This document shows, piece after piece, positions 1-7,982 of a stretch of DNA of 64,000 bases; position 1 is the first letter of the stretch, and every line of letters begins with the position of its first letter. The stretch comes from Candidatus Marinacidobacterales bacterium (GTDB lineage Bacteria > Acidobacteriota > Vicinamibacteria > Marinacidobacterales > SMYC01). The notes under the pieces were generated by a model. It did no database searches and was not told the DNA's origin. It was given only the letters and a program-made list of their open reading frames with translations. Position numbers and translations under genes: made by a program. The DNA is taken from contig CBDCYI010000009.1 in NCBI GenBank assembly GCA_965224085.1, positions 384,001-448,000 on the forward strand, written 5' to 3'.

Positions 1-1
1 C

Positions 2-172
2 CGCTCGGTCGCCAACTTGACGCGCGCCGACGGCGAGGCGTTCCTCCGGCTCGCACCTCGGGTCCCGGTGCGGACGGAAGTGCAGACCTTCCCGTTGACT
101 GATGCGAACCGGGCACTCGAAGATCTTCGCGCGGGGCGCATCCAGGGCGCGGCGGTGCTGACTCTGGCGTAG
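2..172 (+). CDS. Zinc-dependent alcohol dehydrogenase family protein, C-terminal end (partial at window edge)
   Basis: Manual translation from base 2: RSVANLTRADGEAFLRLAPRVPVRTEVQTFPLTDANRALEDLRAGRIQGAAVLTLA*, a typical MDR/ADH C-terminus. Confidence 0.8.
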   Translation, partial: RSVANLTRADGEAFLRLAPRVPVRTEVQTFPLTDANRALEDLRAGRIQGAAVLTLA

Positions 173-173
173 C

Positions 174-830
174 CTATTTCAGCTGTCGTACGGTGCGCTG
201 CAGATCTTGTCGGTGCACCACGTCGAGGACCTCGAGCTCTTCGTCGGTCATGCGGAACAGCATGCGATAATCTTTCCCCACGCGTTGCCGCCAAACAGTT
301 CGGTCGGTTGCGAGTCGCCGCGTTCCACGAAGGGCGGCGTGGTCGCCGGCTGCGATACGGCTCACCAGAACGAGTGCGTGTCGCTTCGTCGCGTCCGGCA
401 AATGCTGCAGCGAAGCGCGAACGCGTTTGGTGAACACGGGAATACGAAACCGTGTCGACTCCGAGAGGTCCACGTCGTCCGGCTCGCTCTCGGCGTCATC
501 GACGGGCGTCGTCTGCGGCGACGCCTCCTGCTCGGCCTCGAGGACGTGCACTCTCTTTCGCTCGCGCTCGAGCTGTCGTCGCAAATCGTTGCGCTCGGTA
601 TGGCGCTGATTGAGCTCGCCCTTCAAGCTGTTGACGCGATGTTTGAGCGTCGCGAGGCGGCCGGGTTCCGGATCTTCGCTCTTTCGCTCGGGCTCGTGGG
701 ACTCTGGGACCGCCGGCGGCTCGGAAGGCTCTTGGCTCCCGATCTGCTCGCGGAGTCCTGAAAGTTCTTTTCGCAGCCGGCCGAGCTCGTCTTCTTTGGC
801 GTCGAGCTGAGCCTGCACTGAGCCTGACAC
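174..830 (-). CDS. Coiled-coil protein with C-terminal RelE/ParE-like domain
   Basis: Heptad-rich N-terminal part followed by VFTKRVRASLQHLP...WRQRVGKDYRMLFRMTDEELEVLDVVHRQDL, the RelE-like R-V-G-x-Y-R / V-x-H-R pattern. Confidence 0.6.
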   Translation of the reverse strand: MSGSVQAQLDAKEDELGRLRKELSGLREQIGSQEPSEPPAVPESHEPERKSEDPEPGRLATLKHRVNSLKGELNQRHTERNDLRRQLERERKRVHVLEAEQEASPQTTPVDDAESEPDDVDLSESTRFRIPVFTKRVRASLQHLPDATKRHALVLVSRIAAGDHAALRGTRRLATDRTVWRQRVGKDYRMLFRMTDEELEVLDVVHRQDLQRTVRQLK

Positions 831-842
831 ATCTTGACGTGT

Positions 843-1196
843 TTAGGGTGCCGTGCGGGTGGAGGTACCGGACGCCCAATCGGCGTCGTCGTCGAGCTCG
901 TCCCGCCATCCCCAGAGATCCAGCGTGTCCTCGATGGGGTCGAGCACCGCCATGTCGAGACGGTCCCGCCTACGTCCGAGCTCGACGAGCAGCGTGTCTA
1001 GATCATACAAAGGAACATGAGGCGCCACCCCGCGAGCTACAAGAATACCGAGATGGGGCCACGGGCTCTTGAGTAGGTCGATCGCAAAATCGCAACTGCC
1101 GTCATCGATGAACATGCTGGCCTCACCATTCAAGATGTCGAGAGCCTCGACCTCCTGGATCCCCGTTTGAGGAACCGAAACGGAAACCCGACCCAC
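843..1196 (-). CDS. Hypothetical acidic protein, co-oriented directly upstream of the RelE-like gene
   Basis: 117-aa ORF preceded by GGAGG on the minus strand; very Asp/Glu-rich; 12-bp gap to the next ORF. Confidence 0.45.
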   Translation of the reverse strand: MGRVSVSVPQTGIQEVEALDILNGEASMFIDDGSCDFAIDLLKSPWPHLGILVARGVAPHVPLYDLDTLLVELGRRRDRLDMAVLDPIEDTLDLWGWRDELDDDADWASGTSTRTAP

Positions 1197-1274
1197 GGTT
1201 CCTCCGGTGCGTCACGTCGCTAGCCAGCCGAGCCTAGCAGACGATGCCGGATAGGAGAGCGCCGCCTCGAATCC

Positions 1275-2267
1275 CTACTCGCTCGGCTCGGGAACGTCCT
1301 TGATGATCTCTTTCAAGATATCGTCGGTGTCGATATGGTCCGCCTCGCCCTCGAAGTTCAAGAGCAGGCGATGCCGCAACGCTGGGTAGGCGACCGCGCG
1401 GACATCCTCGCACGAGACGTGCACCCGGTCGTTCAGGAGCGCTTGCATTTTGCCACCGAGCACGAGCGCCTGCGTTCCGCGTGGGCTCGCGCCGAAGCGG
1501 ACATATTTGTTCGCGAGCGGATGGGAGTGGGGCGCGTTGGGATGGGTCCCGAGCGTTAGGCGGATAGCGTAGTCCTGGACCGGTCTCGCGATCGGAACGG
1601 ACAACACCGTTTCTCGCATTTGGAGCACTTCTCCCTGTTCCAGGACCGCTGTCGCTTGCGCCATTCCGACTTGCGTCGTGCGGTCCATGATGTCGTGCAT
1701 CTCGTCGCTGGTGGGATATTCGATCTTGAGCTTGAAGAGGAACCGATCCATTTGCGCTTCGGGAAGCGGGTAGGTGCCTTCGAGCTCGATCGGGTTCTGG
1801 GTGGCCATTACGAAGAACGGCTCGTCGAGCTTGTGCGTGATGTTTCCGACGGAAACGCTCTTCTCCTGCATCGCTTCGAGAAGTGCGGATTGCGATTTCG
1901 GGGTCGCGCGGTTGACTTCGTCGGCGAGCATCAAGTTGCAGAAGATGGGGCCTTGTTGGAACTCGAGATATTTCTCGCCATCTTCGGTCTCCCGAAGGAC
2001 GTTCGTGCCGATGAGGTCGCCCGGCATGAGGTCCGGGGTGAACTGAATCCTATTGAAATCGAGGTTCAGGACGTCGGCCAGTGTCTGGACGATCAACGTC
2101 TTTCCCAAGCCCGGGATGCCTTCGAGAAGCACGTGGCCTCGTGTGAGGAGGCACGACAGGATGCTGCCGATAACTTCCCGGTTTCCAACGACGACCCGGC
2201 TCATCTCCTCCTGGACAGCGTTATACTGTTTGTGAAACTGGCCGATTTCTTTCTCGATCGCGATCAT
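1275..2267 (-). CDS. moxR: MoxR family AAA+ ATPase
   Basis: HVLLEGIPGLGKT Walker A, RIQFTPDLMPGD, ADEVNRA, ATQNPIELEGTYPLPEAQMDRF, GASPRG, LRHR motifs. Confidence 0.95.
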   Translation of the reverse strand: MIAIEKEIGQFHKQYNAVQEEMSRVVVGNREVIGSILSCLLTRGHVLLEGIPGLGKTLIVQTLADVLNLDFNRIQFTPDLMPGDLIGTNVLRETEDGEKYLEFQQGPIFCNLMLADEVNRATPKSQSALLEAMQEKSVSVGNITHKLDEPFFVMATQNPIELEGTYPLPEAQMDRFLFKLKIEYPTSDEMHDIMDRTTQVGMAQATAVLEQGEVLQMRETVLSVPIARPVQDYAIRLTLGTHPNAPHSHPLANKYVRFGASPRGTQALVLGGKMQALLNDRVHVSCEDVRAVAYPALRHRLLLNFEGEADHIDTDDILKEIIKDVPEPSE

Positions 2268-3847
2268 GGCTCTGGGCTCGTCTCCGTACTGGTAAGAATG
2301 GATAAGAAATAGCGCTTCACCAACGAGCGATATTGCCAGGGCACACCCTCGCGCTCCATGGCGCTCTCCTCGGCGTAGTCCCCACGCTGCTGAATGTCTT
2401 CGTAATTGAGGGTGGACTTCTCTTCTCTAGACAGTCTTTCGAAAATCTCTTCCGGGATAGGCTCCCCTTGTTCTTGCTGGGCGAGCATCTCGAGCTCGAG
2501 CTGAACTTCGAGGCTCGTCGCCTCCCCAAAAACTTGTTCGTCACTGCCGCCACCCGGGCCGGTCGTATCCCCGGCCGGCCCCGCATCCACGGGCACCGCG
2601 CTCGAGGGGTCGCCCTGCATCTGAGCCATCTGCGTTTGATTGCTCATCATGCCTTGCGCGCTTTGCATCGCCTGCCCGGAAGCCTCTTGCTGCTGCCCAG
2701 ATTGCTGTTGCTCGCCGGCTTGCTGTTGACCCATCGACGCTTGCAGCTGCTGCACTTCTTGGCCCATCTGGTCCATGTCCCGCTGAGCCATCTGCTGCCC
2801 CATGCTCTCGAGCTGCTCGGCCATCGCTTCGAGGCTTTGCGCCATCTTGGCGAGGTCCTCCGGCGACAGGTCACCGGCGGCCTGCTGGAGGTTCTCCATC
2901 ATCTCCGCGAGCTCTTGATTCTGAACGTTGGCGTTTTGCAGGGATTCGAGCAGCGCTTGAAGCTCTTCGGAAGTTTCGGCGTTCGCGAGACGCTCCGCGA
3001 GCTCTCGAAGAAGCTGGGCGGCTTCCTCCGTGTTTTGATTCTTCAGAGCTTCCGCGAGATCCGCGAGCGCAGCCGACGACTCGAGCTGGGCGGCAAGCTC
3101 CTCGAGATCCATGGAGAGCTGCTCCATGTCCACCTGACTCGCTGCAAGCGCGTCTTGGGCCTCGCTCAACGCCTGAAGACTCTCCGAAAGCTCGATGTCC
3201 CTCCGGCGCAGCCGGTCCAGAGCCTCCGAGAACTCTTGCAGCTTTTCTTCCTCAGGGGCCAGAGCTGCGGCTTGGTCGAGTAGCTCTTCGACGGCCTCCT
3301 CTTCCTGCTGCGCAGAAGCCGTAAAGAAATCGGCGTTCTGGAGCTCCTGAAACCAGCCAGGGTTCCATGAGAACAGGGTAAAGAGAACGACGCCGATGCC
3401 CGACGCATAATAAAGGTTGGTGGGGACGACGGTCGGGGCCATCTCCGCGGGCGAAAGCTTCGAGGCGGCGTCCGCGCTTCGCGCGATTTGCAGCTCCATC
3501 CACTCGGACGTTTGCTCGAGCCCGAGAAAAGCAAGGGCGCTCTTGAGCGCGTCTTTCAAATCACCGCCCCGGTCGGCGATTACGGCCGAGCGCGCGAGAC
3601 TCCGCCGCTCCAGGTAGTTCCACACGACCCATGCGGCGACTCCGGCGGCCGCGAGCACGAGCATGACGGTGCGCGCAGTGGCGAAGCTCCAGAGCCCGGT
3701 GAGCTTGAGCAAGAGCAGCGCCGACACAAATGCCCATAAACCTTGCGTCAAGTGCGTCAAGGCGTCGTTTCGGCGGAGACGTCGGTCGACCGAGCCGAGA
3801 AAGTCGAGGATCCGGTCGCGGTTTTTGGTGCCGTGCTCAGAATGCAT
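2264..3847 (-). CDS. Membrane-anchored Gln/Glu-rich coiled-coil protein (MoxR-associated)
   Basis: Three N-terminal TM segments, long Q/E-rich coiled coil, C-terminal VPWQYRSLVKRYF motif; 4-bp overlap with moxR. Confidence 0.8.
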   Translation of the reverse strand: MHSEHGTKNRDRILDFLGSVDRRLRRNDALTHLTQGLWAFVSALLLLKLTGLWSFATARTVMLVLAAAGVAAWVVWNYLERRSLARSAVIADRGGDLKDALKSALAFLGLEQTSEWMELQIARSADAASKLSPAEMAPTVVPTNLYYASGIGVVLFTLFSWNPGWFQELQNADFFTASAQQEEEAVEELLDQAAALAPEEEKLQEFSEALDRLRRRDIELSESLQALSEAQDALAASQVDMEQLSMDLEELAAQLESSAALADLAEALKNQNTEEAAQLLRELAERLANAETSEELQALLESLQNANVQNQELAEMMENLQQAAGDLSPEDLAKMAQSLEAMAEQLESMGQQMAQRDMDQMGQEVQQLQASMGQQQAGEQQQSGQQQEASGQAMQSAQGMMSNQTQMAQMQGDPSSAVPVDAGPAGDTTGPGGGSDEQVFGEATSLEVQLELEMLAQQEQGEPIPEEIFERLSREEKSTLNYEDIQQRGDYAEESAMEREGVPWQYRSLVKRYFLSILTSTETSPEP

Positions 3848-3949
3848 CTACCGGCAAACGACCTCTCCTATCTTTAACTGCCTTTTGGCCGGAGAACGAC
3901 CGGTCATTAGGACGGTCGCATTCTACACTATTCTGATAATCTCTGACGG

Positions 3950-4708
3950 ATGCGTGCTCTCCCGTGGACTCTCGTGGCCCTGCTTGTGTCGGCCTGCGAG
4001 ACGGGACAGACGCCCGCGACCCCTCAAAAGCCCGCGGCACCCGCGGCCTCCACGCCCTCCACCCCCTCTACCGGCGCCGCCGAGATGCCGCTCGTGCGCA
4101 TCATGCCGCTCGGCGACTCCATCACTCAGGGCGACTCGGTCCACAACAGTTACCGGCGCCCTCTGTGGAAGAGCCTGCAAGCCGAGGGTTACATCGTCGA
4201 TTTCGTCGGCAGCCTCCGCGTCAACCACCGCGGTCCGCCGCCAAACGACGATTTCGATCGCGATCACGAGGGACATTGGGGCTGGCGCGTCGACGAGATT
4301 CTCGGCGATATCCACCGATGGGCCGAAGAGCACCAGCCGGACGTCGTGCTCGTTCACCTCGGATCGAACGACGTTTTCCAGCGCCAGAGTCTCGAGAGCA
4401 CGCTCGACGAGCTCGGCGAGCTCATCGACGCCGTGCGCGAGGTGCAGCCGCAGGCGACGTTCCTCCTCGCCCAAATCATCCCGACGGACAGCCCCGCGGC
4501 CAATACGCGCATTCGAAATCTAAACGCGCGGGTCCCGGAGCTCGCCGCGGCCAAGTCCACCGCGATGTCCCGCGTGCTCGTCGTCGATCACTTCACTGGT
4601 TTCGACCCTCTGTCGCAAACATACGACGGTGTCCATCCGAACGCCGACGGTGAGACCCATCTGTCCGATCGGTGGCTCCAGACACTGCTTCTGGTGCTGT
4701 CGCCATGA
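3950..4708 (+). CDS. SGNH/GDSL hydrolase lipoprotein
   Basis: Lipobox LVSAC, P/T/S linker, RIMPLGDSIT, HEGHWG, LGSND, DGVHPN blocks. Confidence 0.9.
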   Translation: MRALPWTLVALLVSACETGQTPATPQKPAAPAASTPSTPSTGAAEMPLVRIMPLGDSITQGDSVHNSYRRPLWKSLQAEGYIVDFVGSLRVNHRGPPPNDDFDRDHEGHWGWRVDEILGDIHRWAEEHQPDVVLVHLGSNDVFQRQSLESTLDELGELIDAVREVQPQATFLLAQIIPTDSPAANTRIRNLNARVPELAAAKSTAMSRVLVVDHFTGFDPLSQTYDGVHPNADGETHLSDRWLQTLLLVLSP

Positions 4709-5751
4709 AGGCCATCACGTTCCGCGGTAGCGAGAGCGTCGCGCTCGAGACCGTTTCCGATCCGAAGATCGAAGCCTCCACGGACGTTATCGTCAAGAAC
4801 CGCCTCACGGCGATCTGCGGCTCGGACTTGCACCTCTATTTTGGACGGGAGACGGGAAACGATCCCGGAACGCCGATGGGCCATGAGTTTCTCGGCGAAG
4901 TGGTCGAAGTCGGAAGCGCCGTCGGTATGTTGTCGCCCGGAGACGTTGTCGTGTCGCCTTTTACGTCCAACTGCGGCACGTGCTTTTATTGCAAGCAAGG
5001 ACTCACCTGCCGTTGCACACGCGGCCAACTCTTCGGTTGGGTCGAAAACGGCAAGGGCCTAGCGGGTGTGCAGGCGGAATACGCGCGCGTGCCGCTCGCG
5101 GACGCCACCGCGTTCAAGATTCCGGAAGGCATCGAAGACGAGCCAGCTTTGTTTCTCGGGGACGTCCTCGCGACCGGTTTTTTCTGCGCGGACATGGCGG
5201 GCGTCAAGCCAGGCGGCATCTACGCGGTAGTCGGCTGCGGGCCGGTCGGCCTTCTCGCAATCGTCGGGGCGCGTGAGCTCGGGGCGGAGACTTTGTTCGC
5301 CATCGATAGGCTTCCCGAGCGGCTCGAGCTCGCGAAGGGGTTCGGCGCCACGCCCGTGCACGCCGTCGATGAAGATGCCAGATCCGTCCTCGATGAGGCC
5401 ACGCGCGGCCGCGGCGCGGATGCGGTGCTCGAAGTGGTCGGAAGCCCGGAGGCCACCCGCCTCGCCGTCGATCTCGTCCGTCCCGGCGGCGTGATCTCCG
5501 CGGTGGGCGTCCACACCGAATCGAGCTTCGCCTTCTCGCCTGGCGAAGCCTACGACAAAAACCTCACCTACCGCGCCGGCCGCTGCCCGGTGCGTCATTA
5601 TATGGAGCGGCTTCTCCCGCTCGCACGCGACGGGAAGTACGATCTGAGCGCGATTGTTTCCCACCGGCTTCCCCTCGAGGACGGTGTGCGCGGCTACGAG
5701 CTGTTCGCCAATAAGCTCGATGCGTGCACAAAAGTCACGCTCATGCCTTGA
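4705..5751 (+). CDS. Zinc-dependent alcohol dehydrogenase (FDH-like MDR)
   Basis: ICGSDLH, GHEFLG, CGTCFYC..C structural Zn site, GCGPVG; ATGA overlap with the upstream gene. Confidence 0.92.
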   Translation: MKAITFRGSESVALETVSDPKIEASTDVIVKNRLTAICGSDLHLYFGRETGNDPGTPMGHEFLGEVVEVGSAVGMLSPGDVVVSPFTSNCGTCFYCKQGLTCRCTRGQLFGWVENGKGLAGVQAEYARVPLADATAFKIPEGIEDEPALFLGDVLATGFFCADMAGVKPGGIYAVVGCGPVGLLAIVGARELGAETLFAIDRLPERLELAKGFGATPVHAVDEDARSVLDEATRGRGADAVLEVVGSPEATRLAVDLVRPGGVISAVGVHTESSFAFSPGEAYDKNLTYRAGRCPVRHYMERLLPLARDGKYDLSAIVSHRLPLEDGVRGYELFANKLDACTKVTLMP

Positions 5752-5822
5752 CTTTGCTCTCAATATGAGAATAACTGAACCTTTGGCGGGAGCCATGCGT
5801 ATCCTTATTTATAGGTAAACTC

Positions 5823-6083
5823 ATGAACCACACGATTTTTCAGATTTTGTTGAGTCTCAATGACGATCCGCGAGACGCCGACGGCGTCCTCGAGGCGATG
5901 CGCACGCTCGGCGGCAAGCAGGCTGTGCCCGCGCTCGCCTCTTTCTACCGGGGGCTCAAAAAGGCCTCGGATTCCGGTTTCATCCGCGTGCTCGACGCCA
6001 CCAAAGGCCGGCGTCGGGGCCGGCCGCGCCAGCGCTACCAGATGACCCGATCGGGACGCTACGCGCTGCGTACGGAAGCCCGG
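5823..6083 (+). pseudogene. PadR-like transcriptional regulator truncated by an IS5-family element
   Basis: FQILLSL...LASFYRGLKK...GFI...RPRQRYQMTRSGRYALRTEAR winged-helix pattern; runs into the IS left inverted repeat at 6084. Confidence 0.7.
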
Positions 6084-7114
6084 TGCCTTGGTGCACAACT
6101 CGCGATCTCGGTCCACAATTGTCCTGTACTCGCGGATACGAGGTTCCCCATGAGCATTTCAAACGCACTCAGCGGAAGTATGTGAAGAAGGCCTATCGCG
6201 TGAGGAATTGGCGTGAATATGAGGCGGGTCTACGCAACCGCGGGAGCCTGACCGTCTGGATCTCGCTCACCGCCGGCAAGCTTGTGAACTGGGACGCGCC
6301 CCGGCCAAGGAGGAGGAAACCGGGCCGTCAACGCAAGTACTCGAACCACGCCATCGAGACGGCTGTCACCCTGGGCATGGTGTTTCATCTGTCGTCTAGG
6401 CAGAGCGAGGGATTGCTGCGATCGTTGTTCGCTCTGATGAAGCTAGACAATGATGTGCCCGATCACACCACGATCTCGAGGCGCAAGGCGAAGCTGGGTA
6501 AGGTCCCCTTCTACCAAGACAAGCAGAAGACGCCGTTGCACATCTTGATCGACAGCAGCGGTCTCGCTGTCCACGCCGGCCAGCTGCGCAGAGCACCAAA
6601 TAGCAGGGACTATCGCAAGCTCCATCTGTGTGTCGACGAGCAGAGTGGCGAAGTCGTCGCCGGCGAGCTGACGAGCAAAAGAGCCCGCGATTCATCGCGG
6701 GTTGCATCGCTTGTCAGACAGAGCGACAGTCCCATCTCATCGGCCAGAGCTGACACCGCATACGACGCCAGCGGCGTCTATGAGGCAATCGAGAATCACA
6801 GCGCTCATCGCTCGCCGAGGGTGCTGATACCGCCGCGCAAGGGCGCCCTGCTCGCATCGGGGCCGGCGAGCAGCCGACAGCGCAATCGCAACATTGCAGC
6901 ACAAGCTCGGCTCGGCAAACGAAAGTGGCACACAGAATCGGGCTACAGCAAACGGAGCAAAGTCGAGACAACGTTCCATCGCTACAAGGCTATCGTGGGC
7001 TCAGCGATGCGAGCGAGAGGGTTGGCGGCACAGAGAGTCGAGGCAAGGATCGGGTGCAAGATTCTCCACACCATGACGGCGCTCGGGATGCCTGATAGCG
7101 AGATGATCGGATGA
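6083..7114 (+). CDS. IS5-family transposase (true start probably near 6140-6180)
   Basis: NWREYEAGLRNRGSLTVW, PDHTTISRR, IDSSGL, RKLHL, ADTAYD, GYSKRSKVETTFHRYK. Confidence 0.92.
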   Translation: MPWCTTRDLGPQLSCTRGYEVPHEHFKRTQRKYVKKAYRVRNWREYEAGLRNRGSLTVWISLTAGKLVNWDAPRPRRRKPGRQRKYSNHAIETAVTLGMVFHLSSRQSEGLLRSLFALMKLDNDVPDHTTISRRKAKLGKVPFYQDKQKTPLHILIDSSGLAVHAGQLRRAPNSRDYRKLHLCVDEQSGEVVAGELTSKRARDSSRVASLVRQSDSPISSARADTAYDASGVYEAIENHSAHRSPRVLIPPRKGALLASGPASSRQRNRNIAAQARLGKRKWHTESGYSKRSKVETTFHRYKAIVGSAMRARGLAAQRVEARIGCKILHTMTALGMPDSEMIG

Positions 7115-7169
7115 TGGGAGTCGGGGCCAAGCGAGCTCTCGGCCTCTATCGGAGTTGTGCACCAAGGCA
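6084..7169 (+). mobile_element. IS5-family (IS903-like) insertion sequence
   Basis: Perfect 18-bp terminal inverted repeats TGCCTTGGTGCACAACTC (6084-6101 and 7152-7169); no target duplication in the flanks. Confidence 0.9.
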
Positions 7170-7535
7170 GCGCGCAAGCGACTTCAGGCATTGGTGTCGT
7201 GGCTCGAGCGAAACGGCTACGACGAAGCTTCCGGAAGCCTTCGTGAAGGGATGGAAGAGACACTCACGGTCGTGAAGCTCGCGCTGCCCGCCTTACTTCG
7301 CCAGTCTCTTGCCACGACGAACGCCATTGAGAATCTCAACGGAACCATTCGCAGAGTATCGAGAAACGTCAAGCGTTGGAAGAGTCCTTCCATGGTTCGC
7401 CGATGGACCGCTCTTGGCGTCGTCACCGCGCAGAAAGAGTTCCGGCGTATCAAAGGCTATCGCCATATGGGCGCTCTCGTTCACGCGCTTAGAAGCAAAC
7501 AGAAATCTCTTGACAGCGATGAGTTTGCTGCCTAA
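7170..7535 (+). pseudogene. IS256-family transposase, C-terminal fragment
   Basis: SLREGMEETLTV...SLATTNAIENLNGTIRRVSRNVKRW...KEFRRIKGY; the 5' part is replaced by the IS5 element. Confidence 0.85.
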
Positions 7536-7559
7536 GAGTATTCACAGGTGCCGCCGCTA

Positions 7560-7586
7560 CCCGACCAAATTCAACAGCGGCCGGGA
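7560..7586 (+). repeat. IS256 right terminal sequence, split by the outer intron (continues as CATCCC at 11513)
   Basis: AAATTCAACAGCGGCCGGGA joined to CATCCC after intron removal resembles an IS256-type end. The left end is absent, so the inverted repeat cannot be confirmed here. Confidence 0.65.
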
Positions 7587-7982
7587 GTGCGCTGGGCTAA
7601 CTGAAAGGAGCCTATGGGTGGAAGTCCAATCCGACCAAAAGTCGTAGCGGACAGGTCGGGACCGAGTCTTGCGGGCGTCGTGGCAACGCGGGGTCCGAAG
7701 CGTAGACAGGGGTCGTGCAGGGTGTGTGAATGTAGCCTCGAAATGCTGAATATCGCGGAAGGCCGAGTTGATTCCCGTCAATGAAGGCAGCATGTGGGCC
7801 ATCGCTATCGCGAGATGGTTACGCTCCGCCGGGGTCGTGGACCACATCACGTACGAAGAGTTCCTTTCGGGACCCAGGAGGTCCGGCCGGGTCCATCGGA
7901 ATGGTCACCGATGGGGGCGTCGCGCAAGGGAAAACCGAAGCGCGGTGCTGAGCTGAGGCCGGAAGTCGGACCGATTCATAGT

